A stretch of 48,677 bases of DNA from Conidiobolus incongruus B7586 (Eukaryota), in assembly GCA_000697335.1 (NCBI GenBank), contig JNEM01006747.1:1-48677 (forward strand). Reading direction: 5' to 3'. Shown here in pieces: positions 1 to 12,128 of the stretch. Numbering within the stretch: the first letter of the stretch is position 1; each line of letters starts with the position of its first letter. Both the position numbers and the translations under genes were made by a program. Under the pieces are notes generated by a model. That model was not told the origin of the DNA, ran no database searches, and saw only the letters and a list, made by a program, of their open reading frames with translations.

Positions 1-387
1 AATATAATTTATAAACTATTTTAAAAATATAAAAAACTAAATATGTAAAAAAATTCTCTAATTAACAATAATTAGAAAAAATAACTATATCTAATAGATT
101 CATTAGATCATATTTTATATAATTATAATTGGGTTTGATAATTAAAAAAATATTTATAATAAAAAAAATTTCATTAATTAATTTTAATTAATTTATAAAA
201 TATTAAATTTAAATCTTAAATAAAATATTATTTTTTTAAGTACTAAAAGTTTACAAAAAAATATAACAAAAATTTATTAAAATATAAAGTATTGATTTTA
301 TATTATATAATTATTTTCAATTTCAAAGAAGTTACATTATTTGAAAATTTATAGTAATATTAGTAATTTTTAGATTAGTAAATTATT

Positions 388-414
388 TAATAATAATAAT
401 AATAATAATAATAA
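388..414. repeat. (TAA)9 microsatellite
   Basis: Direct reading of the tandem trinucleotide repeat. Confidence 0.9.
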
Positions 415-1925
415 GTTTAATAACCCTAAAAAAATACTGATATTATCAAAAGGTATTTAGAGCATATTTTGAGTATATTTTGAATGGTATGAAATATTAA
501 TAAAAAATATATCTAAAACCTAAAATAATCTAATAATCATATTGATAAAATATGATTCAAGAAGTATTAAATAAAAATATTTGGTGGCATTAAAGTTGGA
601 TGAAATTTTTTCTCTCAATACCAACATATTTAAGATGATTGAAGCAAAAATAGTTTGCAAAGAATGTATAGAGAGGATTAGGTAAACGAATTTAGTGTGC
701 AAAAATTTAAGTATTAGGTTTTCCTATTGGATATATTATACATGAAAAATATTTCACTAAACATATGTGAAGAGGGAAATTTGATTAAAATCACTCTTTT
801 TTTCTAATGAAAAATCATAAAGCTATATAATAAATTAAAAAAAATGCTGCGAATGATTTAGAATGTACAAAATTATAGTGAAATCTGATTTATGCTTTGA
901 AGAATTATTTAAATAATATTTCCTATCTTAAAAAATCGAAAAACGCCCATAATTTTGACGTTTTGTGATCAGGTGAATATTTCTAATGTATTATATTTTT
1001 TACATTTTCAGAAATTAACAACTAGGGCTAAAATTCCATCTATGAAACTTAGTGTTCTATTGGAAATTGAAAAAAAATAATTAAAAGCAAAACGCTGGCT
1101 TAACACCAGTAAGCCTAATACATATCTGAAGATGGAAGAGTAAAGAGTATACAGTTGAAACTTGAGATCAATTGAGCCAGCCAATGAAAATTTATGAGTT
1201 CTCAGAGTTGAATGAAATTGATGTCACCTTAAATATGCATTGATATGCCCTTAAGTAATATTAAAACTATGTTACAAAAATTTAACATGTTGATTAATTC
1301 ATTCCAATATTTACAAAAGAAATAAAGGTATCTAATATTTTAAAATTTAACCTTAAAATATATTCTAAATCCAATTTAAAAATCCTCGATCAATTATATA
1401 AATATATCAATTATCCATGTGTCCTCAATATAATATTGTTTATGATTATTAAAAATTGTAAGTCAATGTCATTTGTTAAGTTAATTGTATATTTATAAAA
1501 TATTATGAAAGACATACCGCCTGTTTAAAATGAGATATAATTATTAGCAAAAATCTCGAATTAATCAAATTACATTAATTTGTTTAAAAATTTTGCAATT
1601 AAAAAATTAATCAAAAATTAATAATATTAATTAGATAATATTATAATCTTGAAACTAATTTTTTATTCAAAATTTAATAGTTTAAGAGGATACGCGGGCG
1701 AAGACTAAACCATTCCAAGTACCCAATACTGCACCTGATAGTTTGATTCAAAAGTGTACAGAATCCAGCTTAAAAATTAAAATTGGTTTTGAATAAGTTT
1801 TCTCAAACTCCAACTATTAATCCCTAACGTATATTTAAAAAATACTAATTTTACTCATTTTAACCCAAGCAATATTGAAAATATTCCCATTTATCAAAAA
1901 GGTGCAACTATCAACGAAACAAACA

Positions 1926-3650
1926 GGACCCGATTTCGTTAAGGAAAATATTTTCAATAACTAGAATCTGGATTTTGAGAAGATAGTAGATTTAAAATTT
2001 GAATTAGAATGTGAGTATTATATAACGCACTTAACATTCTATACACAATATACGATATATTATTTTTTTAGATTTGAAGTGGCAAACACTAAATTTAATT
2101 ATTAAAAATTTTAATAATGAAAAAATTAGGAGAAATTAATTTAAAATTTATCTTGTATAATTTTGAAAAATTTTAATATTATCCAAGGATACTTGGAGAA
2201 ATTGGAGGAAGATTTTCGCTCCTATTATTATTAAATTGGAATTGATTTAATATCCTTTGGCTGACCAATTAATGAAGTAAAAGGAATTCAACTCTTGTAA
2301 TAATATGACTGTTTATTTTGTTTCGCTTTATTTAGAATTAATTCAATATCTCAAAATATTATTAAACAACTAAATCCAAAATTTTGATGAATCACTTGTT
2401 AATTTTAAAATAATAGAATTTAATTGGTGTTATAAGAACTTCACCCACCTATATTGTAGAATACAATTAGCTGAATGAATCGCACTGGTCAGAAATATAT
2501 TCCACCTCATTTGTAGAAGCATGTAACAATTTTGAGTCATCAATCGATAAAATCCCATTCATCAATTTGTGTAAGAATGATATGGATTTGATCATCATAT
2601 TTAAAGTGAGAGGATTTTCCGAATAAAAGACTCTTGCCTGATATTGGCTAGTGAAATGAGTTTGAATCAATCAATTCAGCATTTGAATACTTTGGTGCCC
2701 CTAAATAGTACGAGACTCGCTAAGGATAATGATCATCCCACATCAATGCCGGTTTATTACAAAATGGATACTTCTTCATTATCGTTTATTGACTATTTGC
2801 AAGCTGACATGTGACTCAACTGTTTAATTTGCATCGATTTAACTTGTTCAAACCTTCATCCCTCAGTAGTAAAATTGTTTCACTATAAGCCCGAAGACAG
2901 TAGGAAAATCAATTCCTACGAAAAAATCCTCAAAGCTATCATTGGAAAGAGTCTCCCTACGCCTTCGAAAAAGAGTTCAAACTGTTTGGATTTGGTTGAA
3001 TGAATAAATTGACTGGAATGATTGAAGCTTGCGTCAAATTGGGAGAAGATTACTAATTTACATTTACTGTCTCGTCCATTCGCAAAATTAATCGCATTTT
3101 AGGATAAATTAATAGGTTTGACCTGCATTGTATAAGCTTAAAATATCTCTTTAGAGAAGTATGGTTTCTGGGGACCTACTAGCATATCACCAGTGATTGT
3201 GAATCCAATCATATTATATTCAATTGAATAAATAGGTGAATTAGGGTATATTGAAGAATCTATATGAATGTTAAAATCTAAAAACTGTATGAATATTGAT
3301 TATAATTTGGCTTTTATTTTTACTAGTAATTATGTATTATTAATTTCTATTTGATTGAATATTAATATTTCGGATTTTAAATAGTTTAATATCTAGTGAA
3401 TCACTATCAGGATCATAATTCAATGAATATATATATATAGCAATTGATTAAATTTAGTATTAGAAAATATGTTAAAAAGTTTGACATATTCTTCCGAGCA
3501 TAAATCATCAGTAATTTTTTTGTTATTGGTAACAGTTATAATAAGAAGGTTAGATCATATAGTTAATTATCAATAGATTGAAATTATTGATAGTTTGATC
3601 GTAGTTTAGGGAAGTTATTCAACATATATAGATATATATGCATAAATTGC
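1926..3650 (+). pseudogene. Degraded copine (C2-C2-vWA) pseudogene; boundaries approximate
   Basis: Collinear copine-like fragments: GPDFVK...DFEKIVDLKFEL (1926-2006, C2A), then a GT-AG intron 2011-2071; SQNIIKQLNPKF (2349-2384, C2B); SFIDYLQADM*LNCLICIDLTCSN (2782-2853, cf. SFLDYIxGGxQxNFxVAIDFTASN); YEKILKAIIG followed by frameshifted FKLFGFG (to 2996); GFWGPTSISPVI (~3163-3198); YNLAFIFTSN (3301-3330). Multiple in-frame stops and frameshifts. Confidence 0.7.
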
Positions 3651-3842
3651 TAATAAAAAATAGGCAAAACACAATCACGTTGCCATTCAGGTGATCACTT
3701 GCTTCTTCCAAGTCCCTGACCCCATTCCCACCAAAGGTATAAAAAAATAATCCGACAATACATTCCAGTACCCCCAACACACATTTGCCAATTTTTGAAA
3801 AATCATTATATTGATATTCTCCACTCTAAATTAAAAAATAAA

Positions 3843-4552
3843 ATGAACATGGACTCTTTCAACTAAAGAGAGACCAATTTGAATTTGTCTAGGACTGTGA
3901 GGGCTTCACACAGTAAGCCATACTCCGTGAGTCAGAATAGTACTTTTTTAATGATTCCTATCAGAATTTCCTTGAAGCCAGATAATTTGAATCCTACCAG
4001 TAAATTATGGTATATAATTATATATTCAATGTATATTAATCAAAAGCCTTAGAAGTAGAATTTTCTAAAGCACTCAACTCCGACTCCAAAGACTCTTATC
4101 AACTAGAACTGTCTGCTATTTCATCAGATGCCAACGTTGATAATGATTTCAAACCCAGGAAATCTTCTAACGAAAAATCCAAAGTTAACATCAACATCCT
4201 ACCATGACAATGCAAATCAACTCCATCGAAAACTCACTCCGAACGATCTGTCACCACTACATTGTTAACCTAAACTAGCAATGAGGAAGAAAATAAAATG
4301 AGCTACATCAGTGACATTAGAGTACCTCCCAACTCGGAATTCTCGATGTTTGTAAGCGATTTGAGTCAATCAAACGACGATTCCAACACCAATACGACAT
4401 CAACCAATGCGGATGACTCGTTCAATATAACTAGTACTGACGACGCCCTTAAAATGTCGATGCTGTTTGATTTGAGCAGTGTGATTAGTGTACCTCCCAA
4501 CACTGACAATTCCAACTCCAATTCCATATTTTGGACTTGGATAATGATTTGA
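3843..4552 (+). pseudogene. Ser/Asn/Asp-rich unknown gene interrupted by three in-frame stops
   Basis: ATG 3843; intron 4000-4052 (gtaaat...ttag) joins in frame with the 4298-4552 ORF; stops TAA 3864, TGA 4205, TAA 4271; TATA-like ggtataaaa near 3736. Confidence 0.55.
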
Positions 4553-5109
4553 TTGTTCTGGTACTAGCTTAAGATATGCAAGTTCAAAATAATTAAATAG
4601 GTAATAAGCTTGGAATTTGTTAAAGATAATAAAGTCCATGACTCTGGTATTGAAGATACCGACGACGAAACTTGTAAAATTGCAAACTTCTCCCAAACTT
4701 TTGACTGAAGAATTTATTCAAATTAATTATTTTCAATAATTAAAACAAAATCGAATATATTATTTGTAATTAAAATATATATTTAAACTTTTCAATCCCA
4801 TTAAATATATATATATATATATATTAATAATTTTGCTGTTTTAATAATTTAATTTTTTTAAAAATTATATTAAAATGAATTTATTAGTTTGAAATATTTA
4901 ATAAATTGAATATTAGTAAAAAAAATAATATTAAAATAGTATATAAAAATTGAATTCAATTAAAATCAAAATTAAACTATAATTAAAAATGATTTATTTT
5001 TTATTGAATTTTATTAAAAAAAGTTGAAAATATTAATTTAATAAATGTTTGAAATAGAATTAATTATTTTAATGATTATACAATTTTTAATTGATAAATT
5101 AAACATTAA

Positions 5110-5118
5110 ATCCCATTA
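5110..5118 (+). promoter_or_regulatory. ATCCCAYAA-type upstream element (variant ATCCCATTA), UBR7
   Basis: 130 bp upstream of ATG 5240, sense orientation. Confidence 0.5.
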
Positions 5119-5239
5119 TTAAATTAAATTATCTAATTAAATTTAAAAATTAATTCAAAACAAGTCCAAACCCTTATCAATCATTTTAACAAATTGATAA
5201 TCGGTTGAATAAATATTACTTATTATTAATATTAATAAG

Positions 5240-6880
5240 ATGAGCGATGATAAATTACACCCAGATGAAAAAGTCCTCAACCTCATTCAAGTACTCGATC
5301 AAATGAATTCCGAAACTATTCAACTGAAAACCGAGCCTTCCGATTTGGAATGCACATTTGAGTTGGGACCTATCAACCAGCCGGTAATGGTATGCTTAAC
5401 ATGTGCAAAAGACCCAAAGGAACTTCCGTGTGGGGTTTGCGCGTCATGCGCTTCCAAATGTCACGAGGACCATGAACTTTTAGAACTTTACAGTAAAAGG
5501 GACTTCACTTGCGAGTGTGGGACAGATAAATTGAAAACTGGGTGCTTCTTTAACGATCGGTTGCCGGATCCTAAAGTTAGAGATAGAGTTACTACAAATG
5601 CTTATAACCATAATTTTGAGGGACTGTATTGCCTGTAATATGAGATTATATTAATAGAGTTTGAATGAATATTAATTTTATTTCAATTTAGATGTAATCA
5701 ACCTTACGATGCCGAAAACGATACGGATAATATGTATCAATGTCATATTTGTTACGATTGGTTTCACGAAAAGTGTATTGGAAAGGTAATTAATTATACA
5801 AATATATCGATATTATTTTCAATCATTAATTCAACTGTTTTATTAGATTCCTCAAGATGAAGAAAATGATTTGATTTGTTTTAAATGCGTTAAAAATCAT
5901 TCTTTTTTATTAGATTATGTAGATAATGAAATATTCAAAGTGTTTCCTATCAAGGGTTTGGATGGTATTAACTCTAATATTGATAAAAATGATCAACAAG
6001 AGAATTGCTATAATAACTCTGAAGGACAAACAGTTAAAAATAATACCAAAAATGAATCATTAAAAGATGAAATTGATGACGAAAAATTACAAAATAGCAT
6101 TGAACTAAAAGATGAAAATGAAGTAACTACAGTCGAAAAGAAAGACTCTAAAAGAATAACTCAATCTGATGACGATAACACATCAAATACAAAAGATAAC
6201 CATTCAAAACGTGCTCGTACTGAGAATACTGAGTAATTCTAGTTTATCTTTAAAACTATTAGATATTCAACTAATATTTTTATTAGATTAAAGAATACAT
6301 CATCACCAATTTATATTGAATCTTCTGAACAAGGATCAAAATGTATTCGACCAAGTAAGGATTAAACATATATCAATTGATGTAATCTAATTTTTTAATT
6401 TAGGCAAACACAAAATCTATGAAGATGTGAATTTATTTGCTTATTCCGATTGGAAATCAGCTCTATGTCAATGCGAAAAAGTAAATAATATTATGCCCCA
6501 ACGTGAATTGATGAATAACTAAATTATTTTAGTGTCAAATTTTATACTACAACCAAAAAGTTGATTTCCTACTAGGTGAAGAAATCTACTCGCCACCAAC
6601 TGAAGAAATTGAAGAAGTTACAGGTAAATCAAATTATATACTTTTTACCATTGGAACATTCAATATCAATTTAAAAATCAATTTAGGATCAGAACTCTTC
6701 GAAACCTTCCTAGAAGAATTAAACGATTTGCCACGTGAGCAAGCCATTGCCCTCACCCACGTGATCAAGAAGATTGGTAGCGAATTTACCGAATTTATGA
6801 GGCCTTTCGCTGAGAAGAATCAAATCGTCACAAAGGAAGATATTTTGCAGTTTTTGAATAGTAGAAATAACAAGGATTGA
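5240..6880 (+). CDS. UBR7: UBR7/Mlo2-like E3 ligase (UBR-box zinc finger plus PHD-like finger), 7 exons
   Basis: UBR box CLTC...CASC...CHEDHELLELYSKRDFTCECG; YNHNFEGLYC; spliced MYQCHICYDWFHEKCI; C-terminal WKSALCQCEKC and RPFAEKNQIVTKEDILQF; six GT-AG introns splice in frame; TGA 6878-6880. Confidence 0.9.
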
Positions 6881-7720
6881 TTGTCAGTGTTTTATTATTG
6901 GGTTATTAGATAAGCTTGTTAAAGTGTTTTTAATATATCCGTTTACATTATATATACATATTAAATAAATGTAATACAGAATATTTTAGTCTTATTTTTA
7001 ATAATAATTCATTAGATAAAGTGGATTTGTTATTTTGAACTATATGATTTGGTTCATAACAAATACATTGCATTATTTAAATATTAAATTTTAATACAAA
7101 TATTTCATAATACAATTAAAAAAAGATTTCAATTTAAGATAATGTAATATATAAATGTTGGTTTGATCAATTATTTTAACTTTTAAATCTTATTATTTGA
7201 CTACAAAATATATAGGTAAAAAAATTAATTTTTAAATGTGATTATACAATTGTCAATCCATATCTAATTCACATCAAATCCCATAAAAAAATATCAAATC
7301 AACGATTAAACTTATCTATGAAAGATGAAGTTACTTAAATCAAAATATCAATTAATATGACATCAGTTAACTAATTAATACAGAAAAATAAATAAATGAT
7401 TAATATAATCAAATATACAACAAGAAGGAGGATTAATATTAATTTAATTAATTCGAGATTCACTTGTTCTATATTAAAAATTAAAAAAATTGAGGATTGT
7501 AATAATATTTCAGGTATTTTGAATAATTTATAATAAAATTAAAAAAATTTATTGAAAAAAATTTTTTTTAGAAAATTCTAATATTAAAGAAATACAGAAA
7601 AGAAATATTAACGAATGTAATTTTCAAAATAAATCGGTATGATCTAATTGATTAATTATTATCTTCAATATTAATAAAAATTTTTTTAGTCAAATACTAT
7701 TTGTAGTGAATATAGTAATA

Positions 7721-8658
7721 ATGAGATCGTTGACAAGGTAATTATTTTCCTGATTGATTCTGTTATTACTGTTTAAAAATTTTAATTTTTTTTATATATT
7801 ATCAATATATTTTTTTTTGAAAAATATATAAATTAACAGATTTTTCAGTAAATTAATAACAAAAATTTTTATAGTTAAATTACACTAATAATAAAAAGAA
7901 ATTTAATCCTCTTAGAAGTAATAAAAAGGAACTTAATGTACACTATTTAATCACTACTTAATCATATTTATTAACTAATCTATTTAGATAAGTGATCATA
8001 TTACGAATCTTAGTGCAAGTCCAAAATCTAAGCTAAAAATAAACAATTATAATAAGGTATGAGTTTAATGATAGCCAAAATATAAGCAATAATTGATGTA
8101 TATAAATATTAGAATCAATATATCAAACATAGACCAACTAACCCCCCAAAATTACCGATATACCATCAAATGACCACCATTTACCAAACCATATTATTTT
8201 CCAAATCTTCTGACGAATGCTACTCCAAATTCATACTATTATGGAGGCCTGAAACCATTTCACAATTAACTACCAATCAAATCCGATCGATTCTCGTCAA
8301 ATTCAGCAAATTCTATAAGAAAATGTCAGATGTAGAGTATTTTCGCAGTGTGGTCTACTTAATCTCGTGTGAATATCGATTAGAGTTGGAAGATTTGAAA
8401 ATCGTACTAAATTACGAAATGCGATTGAATTTCAATACGTCGACGACCTTCAAGCGCATTTGGGACGAAATACAACGCTTGGAACTGGACTTAGATCGTA
8501 CAGTATTTTACTATTTATTTAAAGGGATGCAATATCACGGCAATCTGGAAGATTGTTATATAATTTGGAAATTGATGATAATGAAAGGTTTTCAACCTTA
8601 TTCCAGTATGTTACCAATTATTCAAAAATTCAAAGATAAAAAAATGAATTTTAATTAA
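7721..8658 (+). CDS. PPR-like helical-repeat protein, probably mitochondrial; 5' exon structure uncertain
   Basis: Last exon has DRTVFYYLFKGMQYHGNLEDCYIIWKLMIMKGFQP, matching the PPR consensus. Upstream exons near 7988-8056 splice in frame. Joining from ATG 7721 could not be fully resolved. Confidence 0.55.
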
Positions 8659-8856
8659 AATTGAAATTCATAAAAATACTATTTATTCAAATTGTAAATT
8701 AAAAAATTAATACAATAAAATAAAAAAATAAATTAATTAGTCAATTGATAAACTTATATTTAATATTTTTAAACCTTGTCGATTTTTTTATGTTAATTAT
8801 TTTTTAAAATTCAAGCTTTTGAAATTTATACTATTAACTCATTAAAAATAGACTTA

Positions 8857-8865
8857 ATCCCACAA
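8857..8865 (+). promoter_or_regulatory. ATCCCACAA upstream element, CMC1
   Basis: 89 bp upstream of ATG 8946, sense orientation. Confidence 0.6.
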
Positions 8866-8945
8866 TAATATCAAGCTTTGATTTAAATTAAATAAAACTC
8901 CAATTAATGAAATATTAATACAAATATATAAAAAACACATCAATA

Positions 8946-9298
8946 ATGAGGGTACTATCCAGAAAGGAAGAAAATGATATTATAAATCAAGTCAAAGCAG
9001 AAGCAAGAAAGAAATGTCACCAAGAAATTTTAGGTATTATAATAGCTCAATTTATAAGTACTATAAAATTAATAATTATTTAGAGTTTGCCAAATGTTCC
9101 AAAGAAAATTTTTTAGCAGTAGTTTTAAATTGTAGACAAGAACATGAAAATATGCATAAGTGTACCCATCAATAGTAATTTTTATTTAATTTCAATTTTT
9201 ATATTATTTTAATTTTATGATTTAGTACAAGTACAAAAGCTTTAGACCAAGCTAAATTGGAATATTTAAAAAATCACCCTAGAAAGGATATCAATTAA
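8946..9298 (+). CDS. CMC1: Cmc1-family twin CX9C COX assembly protein, 3 exons (not in ORF track)
   Basis: Spliced product MRVLSRKEENDIINQVKAEARKKCHQEILEFAKCSKENFLAVVLNCRQEHENMHKCTHQYTSTKALDQAKLEYLKNHPRKDIN* with two CX9C motifs. Confidence 0.85.
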
Positions 9299-9591
9299 CT
9301 ACTATTTAAACGAAATTATAATAAATTTAACCTTATATTTTAATATATCTATTTAATTATTGATTTTAATAATTGTCGATAGTTATACTGATTGAGTATG
9401 TGTTAAGATTGGTAAAGGAATTTAGCTAAATCAAAGATATATTTATTTAATCTATCAATATTTATCATTTTTTAATGAATAAATCTTCAAAGATATTATA
9501 ACTAGATCATTCTAAATAAAATTCACTCTTGATATTAAAAATCAAATCATTTTAAATATATATATAGTTTATTTTTATTATCATCCGAACT

Positions 9592-9600
9592 ATCCCATAA
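9592..9600 (+). promoter_or_regulatory. ATCCCATAA upstream element, cyclin C
   Basis: 111 bp upstream of ATG 9703, sense orientation. Confidence 0.6.
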
Positions 9601-9702
9601 AATTTGAATAATAATCAATTTGATATTAATTTTGAATTCAATCAGTCCTCAATTAACCAGATCAATAATAAATTAATCAACTCCAGTAAATAATCATTAA
9701 AA

Positions 9703-10955
9703 ATGTCTTGCAATTATTGGGAATCATCACAATAGTAAATAAAATAACATATCAATATATATTATACTAATATTTCATATATAGTAAATATTGGTTATTC
9801 AAAGATATGAAACATTCCAAAAGTCATATAGAAGATTTAGAAATAATAAATGTTCAAGAATTAACCTTAATACATATATATTTTTCAGAATGTAAATACC
9901 ATATTATTATTTAATTATTATTTAATATTCAATATTTTTGGTTTTTAGTATTGACTAAAATTGGGAAAAGATTGAGATTGAGACAAAAGATTATTGCTTC
10001 GGCATGCACTTATTTTAAGAGGTTTTATTATAGGTATTCATTATATTATAATAATAATCAATTATTATTTCACTTTAATAATGAATTTTTTAGGAATAGC
10101 TTTAGATTTACAGAACCCTTTATAGTAGCTACCACTTCAATTTATTTAGCATGTAAAGTGGAAGAGTATCCCCATCATATTTCGAATGTAGTGAATGAAA
10201 CAATGCATGTTTTATTAGGTAATTATTGATAATCGATATATTATTTTATACATTAATGACAATCTCAGCAGATTCTACACCATCTTTCCGATTACCTTAC
10301 GACGCATGCGACGTTGCCGAATTTGAATTAATTTTGTTGGAGGAATTAAACTGTAATACGTTAATTCATCATCCTTACCATCCATTACAAAAGTAATTAT
10401 TTGATTATCAAGTGTTTGGATTAATATTAAGATTTTTTATTGTTAGATATTTAGAAGAGTTAAACCTAAGTTTAGAAAAGAAGAAGACTGCTTGGTATTT
10501 GGATTTAAAACACTCAATTAATTTAGTATTAATAATGGCTTAGGTATATTACTAACGATACCTACAAAACTAATTTAATATTACTACATGCACCACACAT
10601 GATCGCATTGGCAGCATTAATGATGAGTTGCCAATACCACCAAGAAGAAATCAAATCGCCAGCAAGACCTGATGATTCCAACATTGATTTTAATGAAGAA
10701 TTTGAGTATGATAAGGAAGTGAGCCAGCCTGTTGAGCAACCTCCAAGCATTGAAACTTGGTTCTCCAATTTGAATGTGGATTTAGAAGAGGTAAAACTCA
10801 CTAATAATTATCCCAAACTAGTAATTTAATAGTGAATATAACAGATAGCAGATATTATTCAATCAATCATCCAAATGTACTTCTTATGGACTAATAAGTA
10901 TCAAGATTCGAAAGCTTTAACTTTATTAAGAAAATTACATACCGGAATACCCTAA
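9703..10955 (+). CDS. SSN8: Cyclin C (Ssn8/Srb11), Mediator kinase-module cyclin, 8 exons
   Basis: MSCNYWESSQY N-terminus; LRLRQKIIASACTYFKRFY; YLACKVEE; AEFELILLEELNC..IHHPY; NDTYKT..LLHAPHMIALAAL; WFSNLNVDLEE; seven GT-AG introns in frame. Confidence 0.9.
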
Positions 10956-10968
10956 TTACTACCATCAT

Positions 10969-11370
10969 TTATTTACTTTCATCTAATAAAGCCAACTTTC
11001 TAGTATGTTTGTTGACTACTTGAAAAATATCGTCGATACTTAACTTTTCGGCATTGAGATTGAATTCTTTACCATCCTCTAAAATAAATAATATTAATAC
11101 TCAATTCTATTACATTATTATTTGGTTAACATTACTGAATTTAATGTAAATATTGGAAGGAGATTTTAAATCAGATTGAATTTTAGTTTCGACGTTACAT
11201 TGAGGATTTGTAGCTTCGCAAGCGGAATTGGCAACTCGACTTAAAAATAATCTAATTTCAATTATTAATTGAAGATCTAATTAAATTTGAATTAAAATTT
11301 ACCTAGCAGATTTGGAACTCTCATTGAAGGGGCAAAAGTTAATTTTAATTTTAGTAATATATTTCAACAT
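10969..11370 (-). CDS. MRPL44: Mitochondrial ribosomal protein mL53 (yeast MrpL44), 3 exons (not in ORF track)
   Basis: Spliced product MLKYITKIKINFCPFNESSKSARLFLSRVANSACEATNPQCNVETKIQSDLKSPSNIYIKFKDGKEFNLNAEKLSIDDIFQVVNKHTRKLALLDESK*; FxPF...KSAR and FKDGK motifs of the L53 family. Confidence 0.85.
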
Positions 11371-11460
11371 CTTGTTAATAATTCAATATAAATAAATAGG
11401 TCTCTATTTTTAATATTAATGGATTTTTCTATAATTTATGATTTGATGATTTTGTTGAAA

Positions 11461-11469
11461 TTATGGGAT
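11461..11469 (-). promoter_or_regulatory. ATCCCATAA upstream element, MRPL44
   Basis: TTATGGGAT on the + strand; 99 bp upstream of minus-strand ATG 11370. Confidence 0.6.
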
Positions 11470-12128
11470 CTTCTTTCCTTTTCCAATTTCATTTTAACTA
11501 CAATCCAATTTTTTCAATAAAGAATAACTATTATTAACCTTGAAATAATAATAAAATTAAATCCTTAAAATTAAACAATAATTTATATGTTATATATAAT
11601 ATATAAAGATTTTCAAAGTTAAAATCATAACACAATTGTAATTGAATCTTTTACTTATTGGTCACCATTTAATAAATATCAATCCGTTCAAATTATGGAA
11701 AATATAATTTAGATGAAATCAGTTTTTATAATGTAATTGAAATAATTTTCATAAATTAGAGATCAATTCATATTTGATAAAAAGTGATTTATATATTTAA
11801 TGTTTTCAATCGTTTCATATATTTTTGGATATTTTTTGATAGGATTTGACAAATTTTTATGATTATTAATGGGTATATACATTAATCAAAGCAAAAGATA
11901 AATTCCATTATAAAGTTAAATTGTTTTATCAAATAAAAACGTCTCCATTTATTGAAATGATAATTTTTCAAAATCTAAAAGATTGTATATTTAGAGTACA
12001 TAATTATTGAATGGTTATTTATTATTATTAATGTTGATATACAAAGACATAATACATTATAAACACGGTGATTTGATGATTTTTTCAATCACGCAACGAT
12101 CGTGATAGATATTGGATAAAACACATGA

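Noticed and set aside
419..432. Telomere-like TAACCCTAA (and TTAGGGTT near 23207)
   Set aside because: Single isolated units, not tandem arrays.
520..702. 60-aa hydrophobic ORF on the minus strand
   Set aside because: Non-ATG start, AT-driven composition, no recognisable motif.
2467..2670. 67-aa minus-strand ORF
   Set aside because: Antisense to the copine relic on the + strand; non-ATG start.
2812..4273. Alternative genetic code or stop-codon readthrough as an explanation for the in-frame stops
   Set aside because: Intact genes use TAA, TAG and TGA as normal terminators and have no internal stops; the copine relic also has frameshifts.
4400..4696. 98-aa minus-strand ORF
   Set aside because: Non-ATG start; antisense shadow of the + strand pseudogene.
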